24,000 nucleotides of DNA from Acaryochloris marina S15. Its GTDB lineage: Bacteria > Cyanobacteriota > Cyanobacteriia > Thermosynechococcales > Thermosynechococcaceae. The stretch spans positions 5,434,228 to 5,458,227 of the forward strand of contig NZ_CP064923.1 in assembly GCF_018336915.1 (NCBI RefSeq). The letters run 5' to 3'. Both the position numbers and the translations under genes were made by a program. Below, one piece after another: positions 7,462-16,039 of this stretch (positions are counted from its first letter, which is position 1; each line of letters starts with the position of its first letter). The notes under the pieces are model-generated. The model saw nothing but the letters and a program-made list of their open reading frames with translations. It had not been told where the DNA came from and did no database searches.

Positions 7462-8364
7462 ATGACCACTCAGGTACCCACCAGCCCACCACTTGAAATT
7501 AAAACTTGGATTTGGCGAGGTCACCAGATTAAGTACACCGTCAAAGGCACCGGACAACCGATGGTTTTGATTCATGGCTTTGGCGCTTGTATTGGTCACT
7601 GGCGCAAAAATATTCCTGAGCTGGCCGAAGCCGGATACCAGGTCTGGAGTTTAGATTTACTAGGCTTTGGCGACTCTGATATGCCTGCCATCGATTACAC
7701 CCTAGAAGTTTGGCAAGACCTATTCAAAGACTTTTGGGAAGAGTTTATCCAAGAGCCCGCCGTCTGGGTAGGGAACTCCATTGGCGGACTGCTGGTATTA
7801 ATGATGTTGGCCGACCATCCCCAAATGGGCACCAGTGGTGTTTTGCTCAACTCCGCTGGCAGTATGAATATTCGCAGAGAAGAAGCGATCTTGCCCCTGC
7901 GGATGGTCATGGGTCCCATGCGGATGATGATGCGCTCTAAGCTGTTCGGTCCATTTTTCTTTAACCAAGTTCGAGGCAAACGCGCCATTCGCAACTCCCT
8001 CTCCCAAATCTATGGCAACAAAGAAGCCATTACAGATGAGTTAGTGGAGATGCTTCACAATCCGTCTTGCCGGGAAGAAGCCTGTCAGGTCTTCCTATCT
8101 GTTTTGACCGGGCCACCAGGACCTCGTCCCACCGAGTTGCTTCCTCGCATTAAGCAACCCTTACTTCTGCTTTGGGGCGAAGACGATCCCTGGGCCGCTT
8201 TGCGCACAGCCAAGGTCTATCGAGATTTGAGTGAAGATCCGAATGCCGAGCCTAAAGTCACCTTTGAAATCATTGCCAAAACCGGACATTGCCCCCACGA
8301 TGAGCGCCCCGATGTCATCAATCCGATGATTATTAATTGGCTCAAGGATCTGCAGGCTGCCTAA
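7462..8364 (+). CDS. Alpha/beta-fold hydrolase
   Basis: LIHGFGACIGHWRKNIPELA (oxyanion HG region), nucleophile elbow GNSIGG, WGEDDPW (Asp) and TGHCPHDERP (His). The substrate cannot be inferred from sequence alone. Confidence 0.85.
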   Translation: MTTQVPTSPPLEIKTWIWRGHQIKYTVKGTGQPMVLIHGFGACIGHWRKNIPELAEAGYQVWSLDLLGFGDSDMPAIDYTLEVWQDLFKDFWEEFIQEPAVWVGNSIGGLLVLMMLADHPQMGTSGVLLNSAGSMNIRREEAILPLRMVMGPMRMMMRSKLFGPFFFNQVRGKRAIRNSLSQIYGNKEAITDELVEMLHNPSCREEACQVFLSVLTGPPGPRPTELLPRIKQPLLLLWGEDDPWAALRTAKVYRDLSEDPNAEPKVTFEIIAKTGHCPHDERPDVINPMIINWLKDLQAA

Positions 8365-9716
8365 ACCAAAATCTGGCCATTGCTATTGATGACTTGTTGA
8401 TACCAGTGAGCTGAGTCTTTGAGGGTCCGCTGCTGGGTCTCATAGTCTACGTAAATAATGCCGAATCGTTTGTCATAACCAAAGGCCCACTCAAAGTTAT
8501 CCATAATCGACCAGAGGAAATAGCCTTTGCTCTCAATGCCATCATCAATAGCTCGGCCATAGGCTTGCAGATATCGAGTCAGAAAATCGATCCGTTGTGG
8601 ATCATGGACCTGGCCATCCCTATGAACCCAGTCACAGTTCGCCATGCCGTTTTCTGTAATCACAATGGGCAATTGATACCGTTCATAGATAAACCGAGGC
8701 CCCCAATACAGGGCTTCTGGAGTAACAGGCCAATCCATAGTGGTTCGGGGTCCCCCTGATGGGTGGACTATAGAGGTCGCACTCTTGTCTGAATTCGCAC
8801 GAACGGTCTGACCCTGATAAATATTGAGGCCATAGAAATCCAGAGGTTGGCAGATTGTTTCTAAATCACCCGATTGAATAGTGGGCATGATCTGCTGAAA
8901 TCGGGCCATGCCATCTTCAGGATAGTGCCCCAAGATCAACGGATCGGCAAACCAAGTATTGTTCCAGCAATGCTTACCGTTGACGGCTAAGGTGCTGGCT
9001 CGGGCTGCAGCAATATCATCAGGATGATCGGTGGCAGGGATAGAGACAATGCCCACTAAAGCCGTTCCGATTTGGGGAGAACGTTTGGCCTGGGTTCGAA
9101 TTACCTGCACTGCTTTCCCATGAGCCAGCAAGGAATGATGAATTGCCGTCAGTACTTCACTAAAACTAAGTTTGAGACCAGGGGCATGGTCTCCGGATTG
9201 GTGGCCCAAGCCAATAAAGCATTGGGGTTCATTATGCGGCATCCAGTGGGTGACTCGGTCTGAGAGCCGATCTACTACGACTTGAGTATATTCCGCAAAC
9301 CAATCCGCACTGTCCCGATTTAGCCAGCCTCCTTTTTGAAATAAGGCTTCTGGATAATCCCAGTGAAAGAGCGTCACCCAAGGTTCAATATTGTGTTCGA
9401 GTAGGGTATCGATGATGCGATCGCAATAATCTAGCCCCTTCTCATTCACTGGCCCAATGCCCTCTGGCAAGATGCGCGGCCAGGATAAAGATAGACGATA
9501 AGCCTGCAAGCCAATATCAGCCATCAACTGAATATCTTCTGCATACCGATGGTAGTGATCACAGGCAACCGCCCCCGTATGCCCCCCAGCCACTTTATGG
9601 GGTTGGCGACACATCACATCCCAAACCGAAAGGCCCTTGCCATCTGCCTCGGCCCCTCCCTCAATTTGATAACTTGCAGCAGCAGCCCCCCAGACAAACT
9701 GTTCAGGAAATGGCAT
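8361..9716 (-). CDS. bglA: GH1 family beta-glucosidase
   Basis: N-terminal FVWGAAAASYQIEGG, acid/base motif HNEPQC and nucleophile motif ITENGMA. The 451-aa length is typical of GH1 enzymes. Confidence 0.92.
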   Translation of the reverse strand: MPFPEQFVWGAAAASYQIEGGAEADGKGLSVWDVMCRQPHKVAGGHTGAVACDHYHRYAEDIQLMADIGLQAYRLSLSWPRILPEGIGPVNEKGLDYCDRIIDTLLEHNIEPWVTLFHWDYPEALFQKGGWLNRDSADWFAEYTQVVVDRLSDRVTHWMPHNEPQCFIGLGHQSGDHAPGLKLSFSEVLTAIHHSLLAHGKAVQVIRTQAKRSPQIGTALVGIVSIPATDHPDDIAAARASTLAVNGKHCWNNTWFADPLILGHYPEDGMARFQQIMPTIQSGDLETICQPLDFYGLNIYQGQTVRANSDKSATSIVHPSGGPRTTMDWPVTPEALYWGPRFIYERYQLPIVITENGMANCDWVHRDGQVHDPQRIDFLTRYLQAYGRAIDDGIESKGYFLWSIMDNFEWAFGYDKRFGIIYVDYETQQRTLKDSAHWYQQVINSNGQILV

Positions 9717-9917
9717 CTTTGTCTCCTCCTATAGCAACAAACCTGATTCAGCATAGACCACTCTTGTTTGCGGTATGTTACAGCCCCCACATCATGGCGA
9801 TCCCCTTGCGATCCCCTCCACTGAGGGGGTTAGGGAAATCCTTGTGACTAGGTTCAATTATTCATGTGAGATATGTCACTGAGTCGCCCTAGTAAAGCTG
9901 GCATTGTCTAGACATAG

Positions 9918-10904
9918 ATGTTCTGGGGAATACCCAAGATGGTTAGCACTTGTATCGCACCGACACCCACTTTACTCAATAATCGCTACCAGATTATTCG
10001 CATCCTTGAGGACGGGCCCTGGAGTATTGCATGGTTGGCTGAGGATACACAGCTTCCTTCTCGACGGCAATGCATTATCCGCCAGGTCAAGCCCCTCACC
10101 GCAGATGCTGACATTCAAAAACAGCTTTGCGATCGCATCCAAGCCGAAATCGAAATCTGGCAAAAGCTAGGTGGCATCCATGACCAAATTCCTTGGTTAT
10201 CCAGTTTTGCCGATAGCACTGGCCAAGTCTATCTCATGGAAGAATGGGTGCCAGGACTGACCCTCACCCAAACCGTGCAAGAACAAGGCGCATTAGACGA
10301 AGCCACTGTTCAACAGATCATGACCAAGCTGCTGTCTCTCGTCGATTATTTACACCAAAATCAAATCGTCCACTGCACCTTGGAACCCAACAATATCGTG
10401 TTGCGGCAAGACGACAACAAGCCCGTCCTCCAGTACGGCGGCATGTTAAATCAGGTGATCGCCAACACATTTTTGGACAACAATATTCGGCCCAACCCTT
10501 GGATGTCCACCTCTGGCTTCCTGCCCCATGAGCAGGTCATCCTCGACCAACACTATTACTCCAGCAACCTTTACAGCCTGGGTCTGATCGGCATTTATTT
10601 GTTGACCGGGAAAGACCCCTACGATCTGTTTAACCTCAACACCGGGTCCTGTGATTGGAACACCCAGACCTTAGCCCAAGATTCAGCCTTTGCTGCCATT
10701 TTGAACAAGGCGATTGCTCGGTTCCCAGGAGAGCGATTCCTGACGGCTCGGCAAATGATGAAGGCTTTGGCTGCTCCAGGGCAATTCGTTCAACAATCCC
10801 TCTCGGTTCACTCCACTCTAGTGGAGCAAATGGGAGCCTATTTAGATTCATGCCTTCTGAGTCTAAATCCCTCTGAGCCGCCCCTCAATTCCTATTCTGG
10901 GTAA
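9918..10904 (+). CDS. Ser/Thr protein kinase-like domain protein with degenerate catalytic motifs (pseudokinase)
   Basis: Overall Hanks-kinase layout (LLNNRYQIIRILE..., HDQIP.L, YLMEEWVPGLTL, LTGKDP). The glycine loop is EDGPWS. The beta3 VAIK Lys is Arg (IIRQVKP, codon 10080-10082). HRDxKPxN is HCTLEPNN (10371-10394). DFG is YGG (10434-10442). The start could also be the second in-frame Met, 7 codons downstream. Confidence 0.7.
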   Translation: MFWGIPKMVSTCIAPTPTLLNNRYQIIRILEDGPWSIAWLAEDTQLPSRRQCIIRQVKPLTADADIQKQLCDRIQAEIEIWQKLGGIHDQIPWLSSFADSTGQVYLMEEWVPGLTLTQTVQEQGALDEATVQQIMTKLLSLVDYLHQNQIVHCTLEPNNIVLRQDDNKPVLQYGGMLNQVIANTFLDNNIRPNPWMSTSGFLPHEQVILDQHYYSSNLYSLGLIGIYLLTGKDPYDLFNLNTGSCDWNTQTLAQDSAFAAILNKAIARFPGERFLTARQMMKALAAPGQFVQQSLSVHSTLVEQMGAYLDSCLLSLNPSEPPLNSYSG

Positions 10905-10977
10905 GCCTCTCCTCCCAACATCTTGAGTTTGCTTTGGGTGATACCCATCACGTTAATAGCGTGATAGCTCTCAGTCA

Positions 10978-11010
10978 GGTCAGTGATGATTCTCATCGCT
11001 GACCTTTTTT
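10978..11010 (+). terminator. Rho-independent terminator after the pseudokinase gene
   Basis: GGTCAGTGATG (10978-10988) pairs with CATCGCTGACC (10994-11004). That is 11 bp with one G-U pair and a 5-nt loop, followed immediately by TTTTTT (11005-11010). Confidence 0.7.
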
Positions 11011-11123
11011 AGATCTGGGATGCTATGCATATCCCCCAAAAAGAAGAACCCATAGTTCCGCAAAGGGTTTGCAACTCGGGTTTACTTCCCAAATGAGGGT
11101 ATTGATGACTGAGAGAAAATGAA

Positions 11124-11663
11124 ATGGTTAGCAATTTCTTAAACAAAAACACTCAACGCTCCAAAACCTATTGGCATCTTCAACAAAGCGGCACAGCCCT
11201 ACAAACAACATGGGTGAACTCAACCCAACCCCTGCAAGCCACCTCACCTAAACGCGATCACGGTAAAGTTGCACGTTCTACTGATGTTCGATCTTCACTG
11301 TTCCAAGCCTTAAGCACCACGCCCGACACCCCCTCTCTAGGAGAGCTGATCGCCCTCTCTTGCCACCGTCTAGTTTCATATATTCAGCTATCTAGCTTTC
11401 TACCCCTCTATGTCAAGCAAGCCTGGATTCGGCAAATTAGAGTGATTGATTTACAGCGCTGGCAAGCTGGGTTAGCCATTCTAGAAGAGCTATCTTTCGA
11501 TCACCGCTGCGCTCAGACAGACTATCGCCCTGGCCATGACATCTTTGATTACAACAGCAGCCAGAACCAGGATTTCAATGCCGAGATGACTTGTATTGAG
11601 CATGAACTCAATACCATTGAAATGATCCTCAACTATGCTGAAGACTCCGCTGAAGCCAGCTAG
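11124..11663 (+). CDS. Hypothetical protein (179 aa), no recognisable motif
   Basis: This is the only long ORF in the interval. The N-terminus is Q/S/T-rich and the C-terminus looks helical. It is bounded upstream by the 10978-11010 terminator. I recognise no family. Confidence 0.45.
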   Translation: MVSNFLNKNTQRSKTYWHLQQSGTALQTTWVNSTQPLQATSPKRDHGKVARSTDVRSSLFQALSTTPDTPSLGELIALSCHRLVSYIQLSSFLPLYVKQAWIRQIRVIDLQRWQAGLAILEELSFDHRCAQTDYRPGHDIFDYNSSQNQDFNAEMTCIEHELNTIEMILNYAEDSAEAS

Positions 11664-11707
11664 AACATCAGCCACCCAATCAATCCAAGCATGAGAAGCC
11701 ATTGATC

Positions 11708-11989
11708 ATGGGAGCAGTCTACCTGCATAAACTTTTCTTTTTATTCGGCCTATCCATCTTATGTGCGCTGATCTTTATCCCTTTGCTCACTGCCAATTTA
11801 CCAGGTTGGCTATTTCTCATCACTCTCCCTGTTGGCGCAATTATTTATATTGTGTTTCAGGCAGGCTTTGATCGCCTCACCGAATCGTTCAAAGGATCAA
11901 TGGGTAAGGTCGTCTGCTTCACCATATGTATGGTAGGCGGCATAGTGGGTGCAATGATGTTGGAGTTACTGAAATCTCTACTGGGTTAA
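11708..11989 (+). CDS. Hypothetical small membrane protein (about 93 aa, three hydrophobic segments)
   Basis: ATG at 11708 (the track's TTG start at 11702 is also possible). Hydrophobic segments LFFLFGLSILCALIFIPLL, WLFLITLPVGAIIYIVF and VVCFTICMVGGIVGAMMLELL. It begins 45 bp after the previous ORF. Confidence 0.45.
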   Translation: MGAVYLHKLFFLFGLSILCALIFIPLLTANLPGWLFLITLPVGAIIYIVFQAGFDRLTESFKGSMGKVVCFTICMVGGIVGAMMLELLKSLLG

Positions 11990-12274
11990 GGGATTGATTT
12001 TGGTCTGACTCTGTTGCAAAATTCGTCGCGTACTATTTATCTTGCATGCACCACCAGCCCGACATGTTCAACAATAGACGCCAACGATGAACTGAACTAG
12101 CTTCCGTTAGTTCCCTCATCGCCGCTAGCTTGATAGATTGCATCGGTATCCGTCATTGAGAGAACTCCCAAAGCAAGCATTATAATTTGCCCCTAGCCAA
12201 CTGCAAAACACGCCTATCAGCAGCTCACAGCCTGATTGATATTGGCCGTAAATTCACTCTAGATTTTATACAGT

Positions 12275-12307
12275 CAAAAATAAACAAGATAGAGGACGTT
12301 ATCTTGT
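12275..12307 (-). terminator. Hairpin plus U-tract, best read as a minus-strand intrinsic terminator
   Basis: ACAAGATA (12284-12291) / TATCTTGT (12300-12307) form an 8-bp perfect stem with an 8-nt loop. On the minus strand the stem is followed directly by TTATTTTTG (12283-12275). On the plus strand a less compact T-rich run (CTATTTTCATTCTTTTT) follows. Confidence 0.4.
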
Positions 12308-12471
12308 CTATTTTCATTCTTTTTGGGGAATTCTAAGCCAATACTCAAATCCTTGTCTTCAATTGCGATTACCTTCTACGCCAACACCAGCAACGATTAA
12401 TCCAAAAAATCCAGACATCATGGCTACAACCCATGCACTATCCATCTTTTAAGCGACTACGGAGTTAGTGA

Positions 12472-14601
12472 ATGCAAACCGTAGCCAACTACCTACGGTC
12501 ACTACCAACAGACTATAGAGTTATTTATAGTAAATATTTTCTAGCATTCATTACCTTAGGGTTTATTGCCTACGATTTAACTGAAATTGGCCCCAAGATC
12601 GGATCCTTATCTCGCACTGTTTTACCCGTTTTACCGATCTGTTCTTCACTGCTGATATTAGGGGCATTAAGGATTTTTCTACCCCAACGTCCACCCAAAT
12701 GGATTCAAGGGCTATTCGTTTTTTTATTGTTTGTTGTGCAAGCCCGATATCTCTTGTGGCGGGCAACCCATACTCTAATTTTGAGTGGGCCAGATGGTGT
12801 ATTTTGCATCGGCCTCTTTGCTTATGAACTGCTCAGCATTCTGAATAGCTGGACCAATAACTATTTAATCTTACGGTCTCCCAATCGCAGTCTCGAAGCC
12901 GATCAATATAGTCAGTGGGTGCAAAAGACCTATAAGCCCAGCGTCGATATTTTGATCCCCACTTATAATGAATCCCACAAAATGTTGGAACGGACGCTGA
13001 TTGGTTGTAAATCCCTGAAATACCCGAAACAACAAAAACACATTTGGTTACTGGATGATGGACAACGACCCGATGTTAAAGCGCTGGCCCAAAAATGGGG
13101 ATGCAATTACCTCACTCGGCCCATTAATGACCATGCTAAGGCAGGAAACCTCAATCATGCTTTAAAGCATGTCAGTAGCGAAATTTTGGTGGTTTTTGAT
13201 GCTGACTTTGTCCCCCTCAATCACTTTTTGGAACGAACCATTGGATTTTTCAAAGCAGACGATAATTTGTCCATGGTCGTCACTCCTCAAAAGTTCTACA
13301 ATCCCGACCCTCCTCAAAAAAACCTAGGCGGGCGGTTTATTACGGATGAGCAAACTGATTTTTACCAAGTGATTCAGCCCGCCCGAGATTCTGTCAATGC
13401 TGTGGTTTGTTCGGGTAGTTCTGTGCTGTATCGACGCCAGCATTTAGATGCCATTGGTGGCATTCCTCTAGATACCATTGTTGAGGACTATGCCACGGGC
13501 ATCTTAATGCAAGCTCGGGGTTATAAGACCGTCTATTTAAATGAACTGCTGAGTGTCGGCTGTGCCGCCAACAATATTAATGAATATCTAAAACAACGGA
13601 TGCGTTGGGCAGAAGGCACCTTGAGGATGGTGATTAGCAAACGTAATCCTCTGTGGTTGCCTGGCCTCAACTTTATACAGCGGTTTACCTATGCTGCGGG
13701 CACCCTGTACTGGCTGGAAGAGATGCTGAAAACCTTGAGCTTTTTGGCTCCTCTTTTCTACTTGCTGTTTGGATTCAAAAGCATTGACATCACGTTAGGG
13801 GAAGCCAGCACCTATACCTTCTATAATTATTCTCTTTCTATGATTGTGATGAGCTGGATGCGAGGCAGCGTCCTGTTATTGATTATCTATAATCTCTTGC
13901 AAGGGTTTCATATTTTCAAAGTTGTACTGAAAATATTTTTATATTCTCAAATCTCTGATTCCTTCCAGGTCACGAATAAACAGTTAGATAGCTTTGGTAT
14001 AAAGTTCAATCTTCACAGTTTGGCGCATATTTTCATACTTTTAGGACTCACTCTATTCGCGATCATGTATGGCTTATTCCATCCCACAGGTGACGATCTA
14101 TATATCATCAATCTCATTTGGGCCCAAGTGAATCTGCTCTTTTTAGCAGCAGCCCTGATTGCGGGAGTGAGTGCCGATCATGATCGGGGACACCCTCGGG
14201 TCTTTTCGGATGAGGTCTGCCAGGTAACGACCCAAACAGGACAAAGCGCCATGGGTCAATTTATAGATATTTCGGAAGCAGGCTGTCGCTTTCGCACCCA
14301 TAACCCTACCGCACTACAACTGAATGAGACCGTTGAATTAGCCGTACCCAGGACCAGCTTACGAATGATGGCTGAGATCCGCAATCAGCAGAAAAACGGC
14401 ACGGTGTATGGCTGCATGTTTAAGGATGTAGACGCGGTCACCCTCTGGAAAATCGTTAACTTTACCTATTGCAACCCCCAAAACTGGAAACTGCCTCGAA
14501 TTCCTACAGAGTGGGATACGATTCGTGCGATCGCATCTGGCTTATACGGCCTCTACCCTTTTCGCAACCTGAAAGTATCCTGTAAGATCAACCCACGCTA
14601 G
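12472..14601 (+). CDS. bcsA: Cellulose synthase catalytic subunit-like family 2 glycosyltransferase with C-terminal PilZ (c-di-GMP-binding) domain
   Basis: Processive GT2 motifs are present: DILIPTYNES, LLDDGQ, HAKAGNLNHAL, VVFDADFVP, IVEDYATG (TED) and QRMRW (13594-13608). There are multiple TM helices on both sides of the GT domain. PilZ motifs are RGHPR (RxxxR, 14185-14199) and DISEAG (DxSxxG, 14266-14283). GGAG lies 7 nt upstream of the ATG. Confidence 0.88.
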   Translation: MQTVANYLRSLPTDYRVIYSKYFLAFITLGFIAYDLTEIGPKIGSLSRTVLPVLPICSSLLILGALRIFLPQRPPKWIQGLFVFLLFVVQARYLLWRATHTLILSGPDGVFCIGLFAYELLSILNSWTNNYLILRSPNRSLEADQYSQWVQKTYKPSVDILIPTYNESHKMLERTLIGCKSLKYPKQQKHIWLLDDGQRPDVKALAQKWGCNYLTRPINDHAKAGNLNHALKHVSSEILVVFDADFVPLNHFLERTIGFFKADDNLSMVVTPQKFYNPDPPQKNLGGRFITDEQTDFYQVIQPARDSVNAVVCSGSSVLYRRQHLDAIGGIPLDTIVEDYATGILMQARGYKTVYLNELLSVGCAANNINEYLKQRMRWAEGTLRMVISKRNPLWLPGLNFIQRFTYAAGTLYWLEEMLKTLSFLAPLFYLLFGFKSIDITLGEASTYTFYNYSLSMIVMSWMRGSVLLLIIYNLLQGFHIFKVVLKIFLYSQISDSFQVTNKQLDSFGIKFNLHSLAHIFILLGLTLFAIMYGLFHPTGDDLYIINLIWAQVNLLFLAAALIAGVSADHDRGHPRVFSDEVCQVTTQTGQSAMGQFIDISEAGCRFRTHNPTALQLNETVELAVPRTSLRMMAEIRNQQKNGTVYGCMFKDVDAVTLWKIVNFTYCNPQNWKLPRIPTEWDTIRAIASGLYGLYPFRNLKVSCKINPR

Positions 14602-15077
14602 CCATCGCCACAGTCACCGATAAATGCACTCACTCATAAAATTAAATGCACCTGAACCGTCATTCTTGAGCGACACCTGTGTACTATTGAGATCGGACGG
14701 ATCAACTACGATCTAAGTGTTTCCCCTGATTTGCTCAAGACACATCATGAATTATGCTGTGCCTAGGTAAACAGGAGTCTTGTTCTTACTTCGTTTAAGA
14801 TAAAGATTACACCTAAAAAAGGTAGATTTAGACCATTTGAATAACTCACGTTGTCTATGATCTAGTCCAATCAAGGTAAAGATACTCTTGATCAATTTCC
14901 TGGTACTCATTATAGTTTTGGCCCGCTCAACTTAGAGCCCAAGATGATGACACCTTGTTGATTTAAAGTGAAACTCTCGTAAAAATACGGAGTATTCAGA
15001 GTTAGCTAGAGCGTCTTAATAGGGAATCCTTGTAATGAAGAGCTGTGGGTCTCATGGAGGTAAAAGGGAAGAGAGAC

Positions 15078-15458
15078 ATGACAACAGTAATGGTAGTTGA
15101 TGACAGCCCCACCATGCGTGCCATGCTAACGGATATGTTACAGCGCAATGGTCTAGAGGTCATTGAAGCTGAAGACGGCTTAGCAGCTAAAACAATGCTG
15201 CAGGCCAGTAGCTATCCAGACTTGGTGATCACAGATATTGTGATGCCTCGCATGAACGGCTATGAATTGTGCCGCTGGGTCAAAAATGACCTAACCGACC
15301 GCAACTTACCCGTGATTATGTGCTCTACCAAGGGTGAAGCATTTGATCGACATTGGGGCATGAAGCAAGGGGGAGACGCTTACATTACCAAACCCTTTAA
15401 CCCCTCAGAAATGCTCGATCTCATTCGTAAGCTACTCAAAACCCGGGCCGAGTCCTAG
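15078..15458 (+). CDS. Single-domain CheY-like response regulator (PilH/PixH-like)
   Basis: Receiver residues are present: VVDDSP (acidic pair), ITDIVMP (phospho-acceptor Asp), CSTKG and ITKPF (Lys). From memory, DIVMPRMNGYELCR...PVIMCSTKGEAFDRHWGMKQGGDAYITKPF closely resembles cyanobacterial PilH/PixH-type CheY proteins. Start moved to ATG 15078, which follows GGGAAGAGAG. Confidence 0.85.
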   Translation: MTTVMVVDDSPTMRAMLTDMLQRNGLEVIEAEDGLAAKTMLQASSYPDLVITDIVMPRMNGYELCRWVKNDLTDRNLPVIMCSTKGEAFDRHWGMKQGGDAYITKPFNPSEMLDLIRKLLKTRAES

Positions 15459-15475
15459 GGATTGGGTCAGCCAAT

Positions 15476-15961
15476 ATGGGAATCGAGATAGAGCGTAAGT
15501 TTCTCGTTACAGGAGAAGCATGGCGATCCATGGGCCATAGCGTCCCTCTCATTCAAGGGTATTTAGCAGGAAGTAATCAGGCCACCGCCAGGGTTCGTAT
15601 TGCCGGAGACATCGCCTTCCTCACCGTTAAAGGAAGAGTCAAAAATCTGACGAGACAGGAGTTTGAATATGAGATCCCTGTAGCTGATGCTCAAGCTATG
15701 ATGGATCTTTGCCATCCGAGAGTCGTTGAAAAAACCCGCTACAAGATTCCGATAGAAGACCTCATTTGGGAGGTTGATGAGTTTGCTGGCCAGAATCAAG
15801 GGTTAGTCCTGGCAGAAGTAGAGCTGACCTCTCCTGAGCAATCTGTCCCATTACCCGATTGGATCGGCCTAGAAGTCTCGGATGATCCGAGATATTTCAA
15901 TTCTTACCTAGCGGCTCATCCCTATAAAACTTGGCCCCATGAGTCAAGCTCCAATCCATAA
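15476..15961 (+). CDS. CYTH domain protein (triphosphate tunnel metalloenzyme, CyaB/ThTPase family)
   Basis: N-terminal MGIEIERKFLV carries the CYTH ExExK signature. Later acidic/basic strands (RVRI, FLTVKG, EFEYEI, KTRY, WEVDEF, LAEVEL) fit the tunnel fold. It starts 17 bp after the receiver gene. Confidence 0.85.
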   Translation: MGIEIERKFLVTGEAWRSMGHSVPLIQGYLAGSNQATARVRIAGDIAFLTVKGRVKNLTRQEFEYEIPVADAQAMMDLCHPRVVEKTRYKIPIEDLIWEVDEFAGQNQGLVLAEVELTSPEQSVPLPDWIGLEVSDDPRYFNSYLAAHPYKTWPHESSSNP

Positions 15962-15984
15962 TCAGGCTAGAAATTACCATTAAA

Positions 15985-16015
15985 TTAGCCCTCATGCTTA
16001 AGGCATGAGGGCTAA
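15985..16015. terminator. Strong hairpin between convergent genes (likely bidirectional terminator)
   Basis: TTAGCCCTCATGC (15985-15997) / GCATGAGGGCTAA (16003-16015) form a 13-bp perfect stem with a 5-nt loop. It sits between the CYTH stop (15961) and the prohibitin stop (16040). The flanking U-tracts are weak (ATTTAAT on the minus strand). Confidence 0.55.
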
Positions 16016-16039
16016 TCGCTTCGCAAATTAGGCCGGTCT

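Noticed and set aside
8361-8364. The 4-bp sequence CTAA encodes both stop codons of the convergent hydrolase (TAA) and beta-glucosidase (TAG on the minus strand) genes
   Set aside because: It is real but a common consequence of genome compaction. It carries no evidence of function beyond the absence of an intergenic terminator.
9093-9100. GGTTCGAA, a tRNA T-arm-like string
   Set aside because: It lies inside the GH1 beta-glucosidase coding sequence, and no acceptor or anticodon stem can be drawn around it. I found no tRNA elsewhere in the window.
9813-9828. Small hairpin CCCCTC-CACT-GAGGGG in the bglA / pseudokinase divergent region
   Set aside because: It has only a 6-bp stem and no U-tract, and it sits between divergent starts where a terminator makes no sense. 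It is too weak to call as an operator.
7695-10876. Numerous 60-100 aa ORFs antisense to or out of frame within the hydrolase, beta-glucosidase and pseudokinase genes (for example 7695-7994, 7710-7940, 8565-8759, 9072-9263, 10244-10531, 10636-10851)
   Set aside because: Each is nested in a longer ORF with strong family motifs. The translations are R/P/G/H-rich, which is typical of off-frame reading of moderately GC-rich coding DNA.
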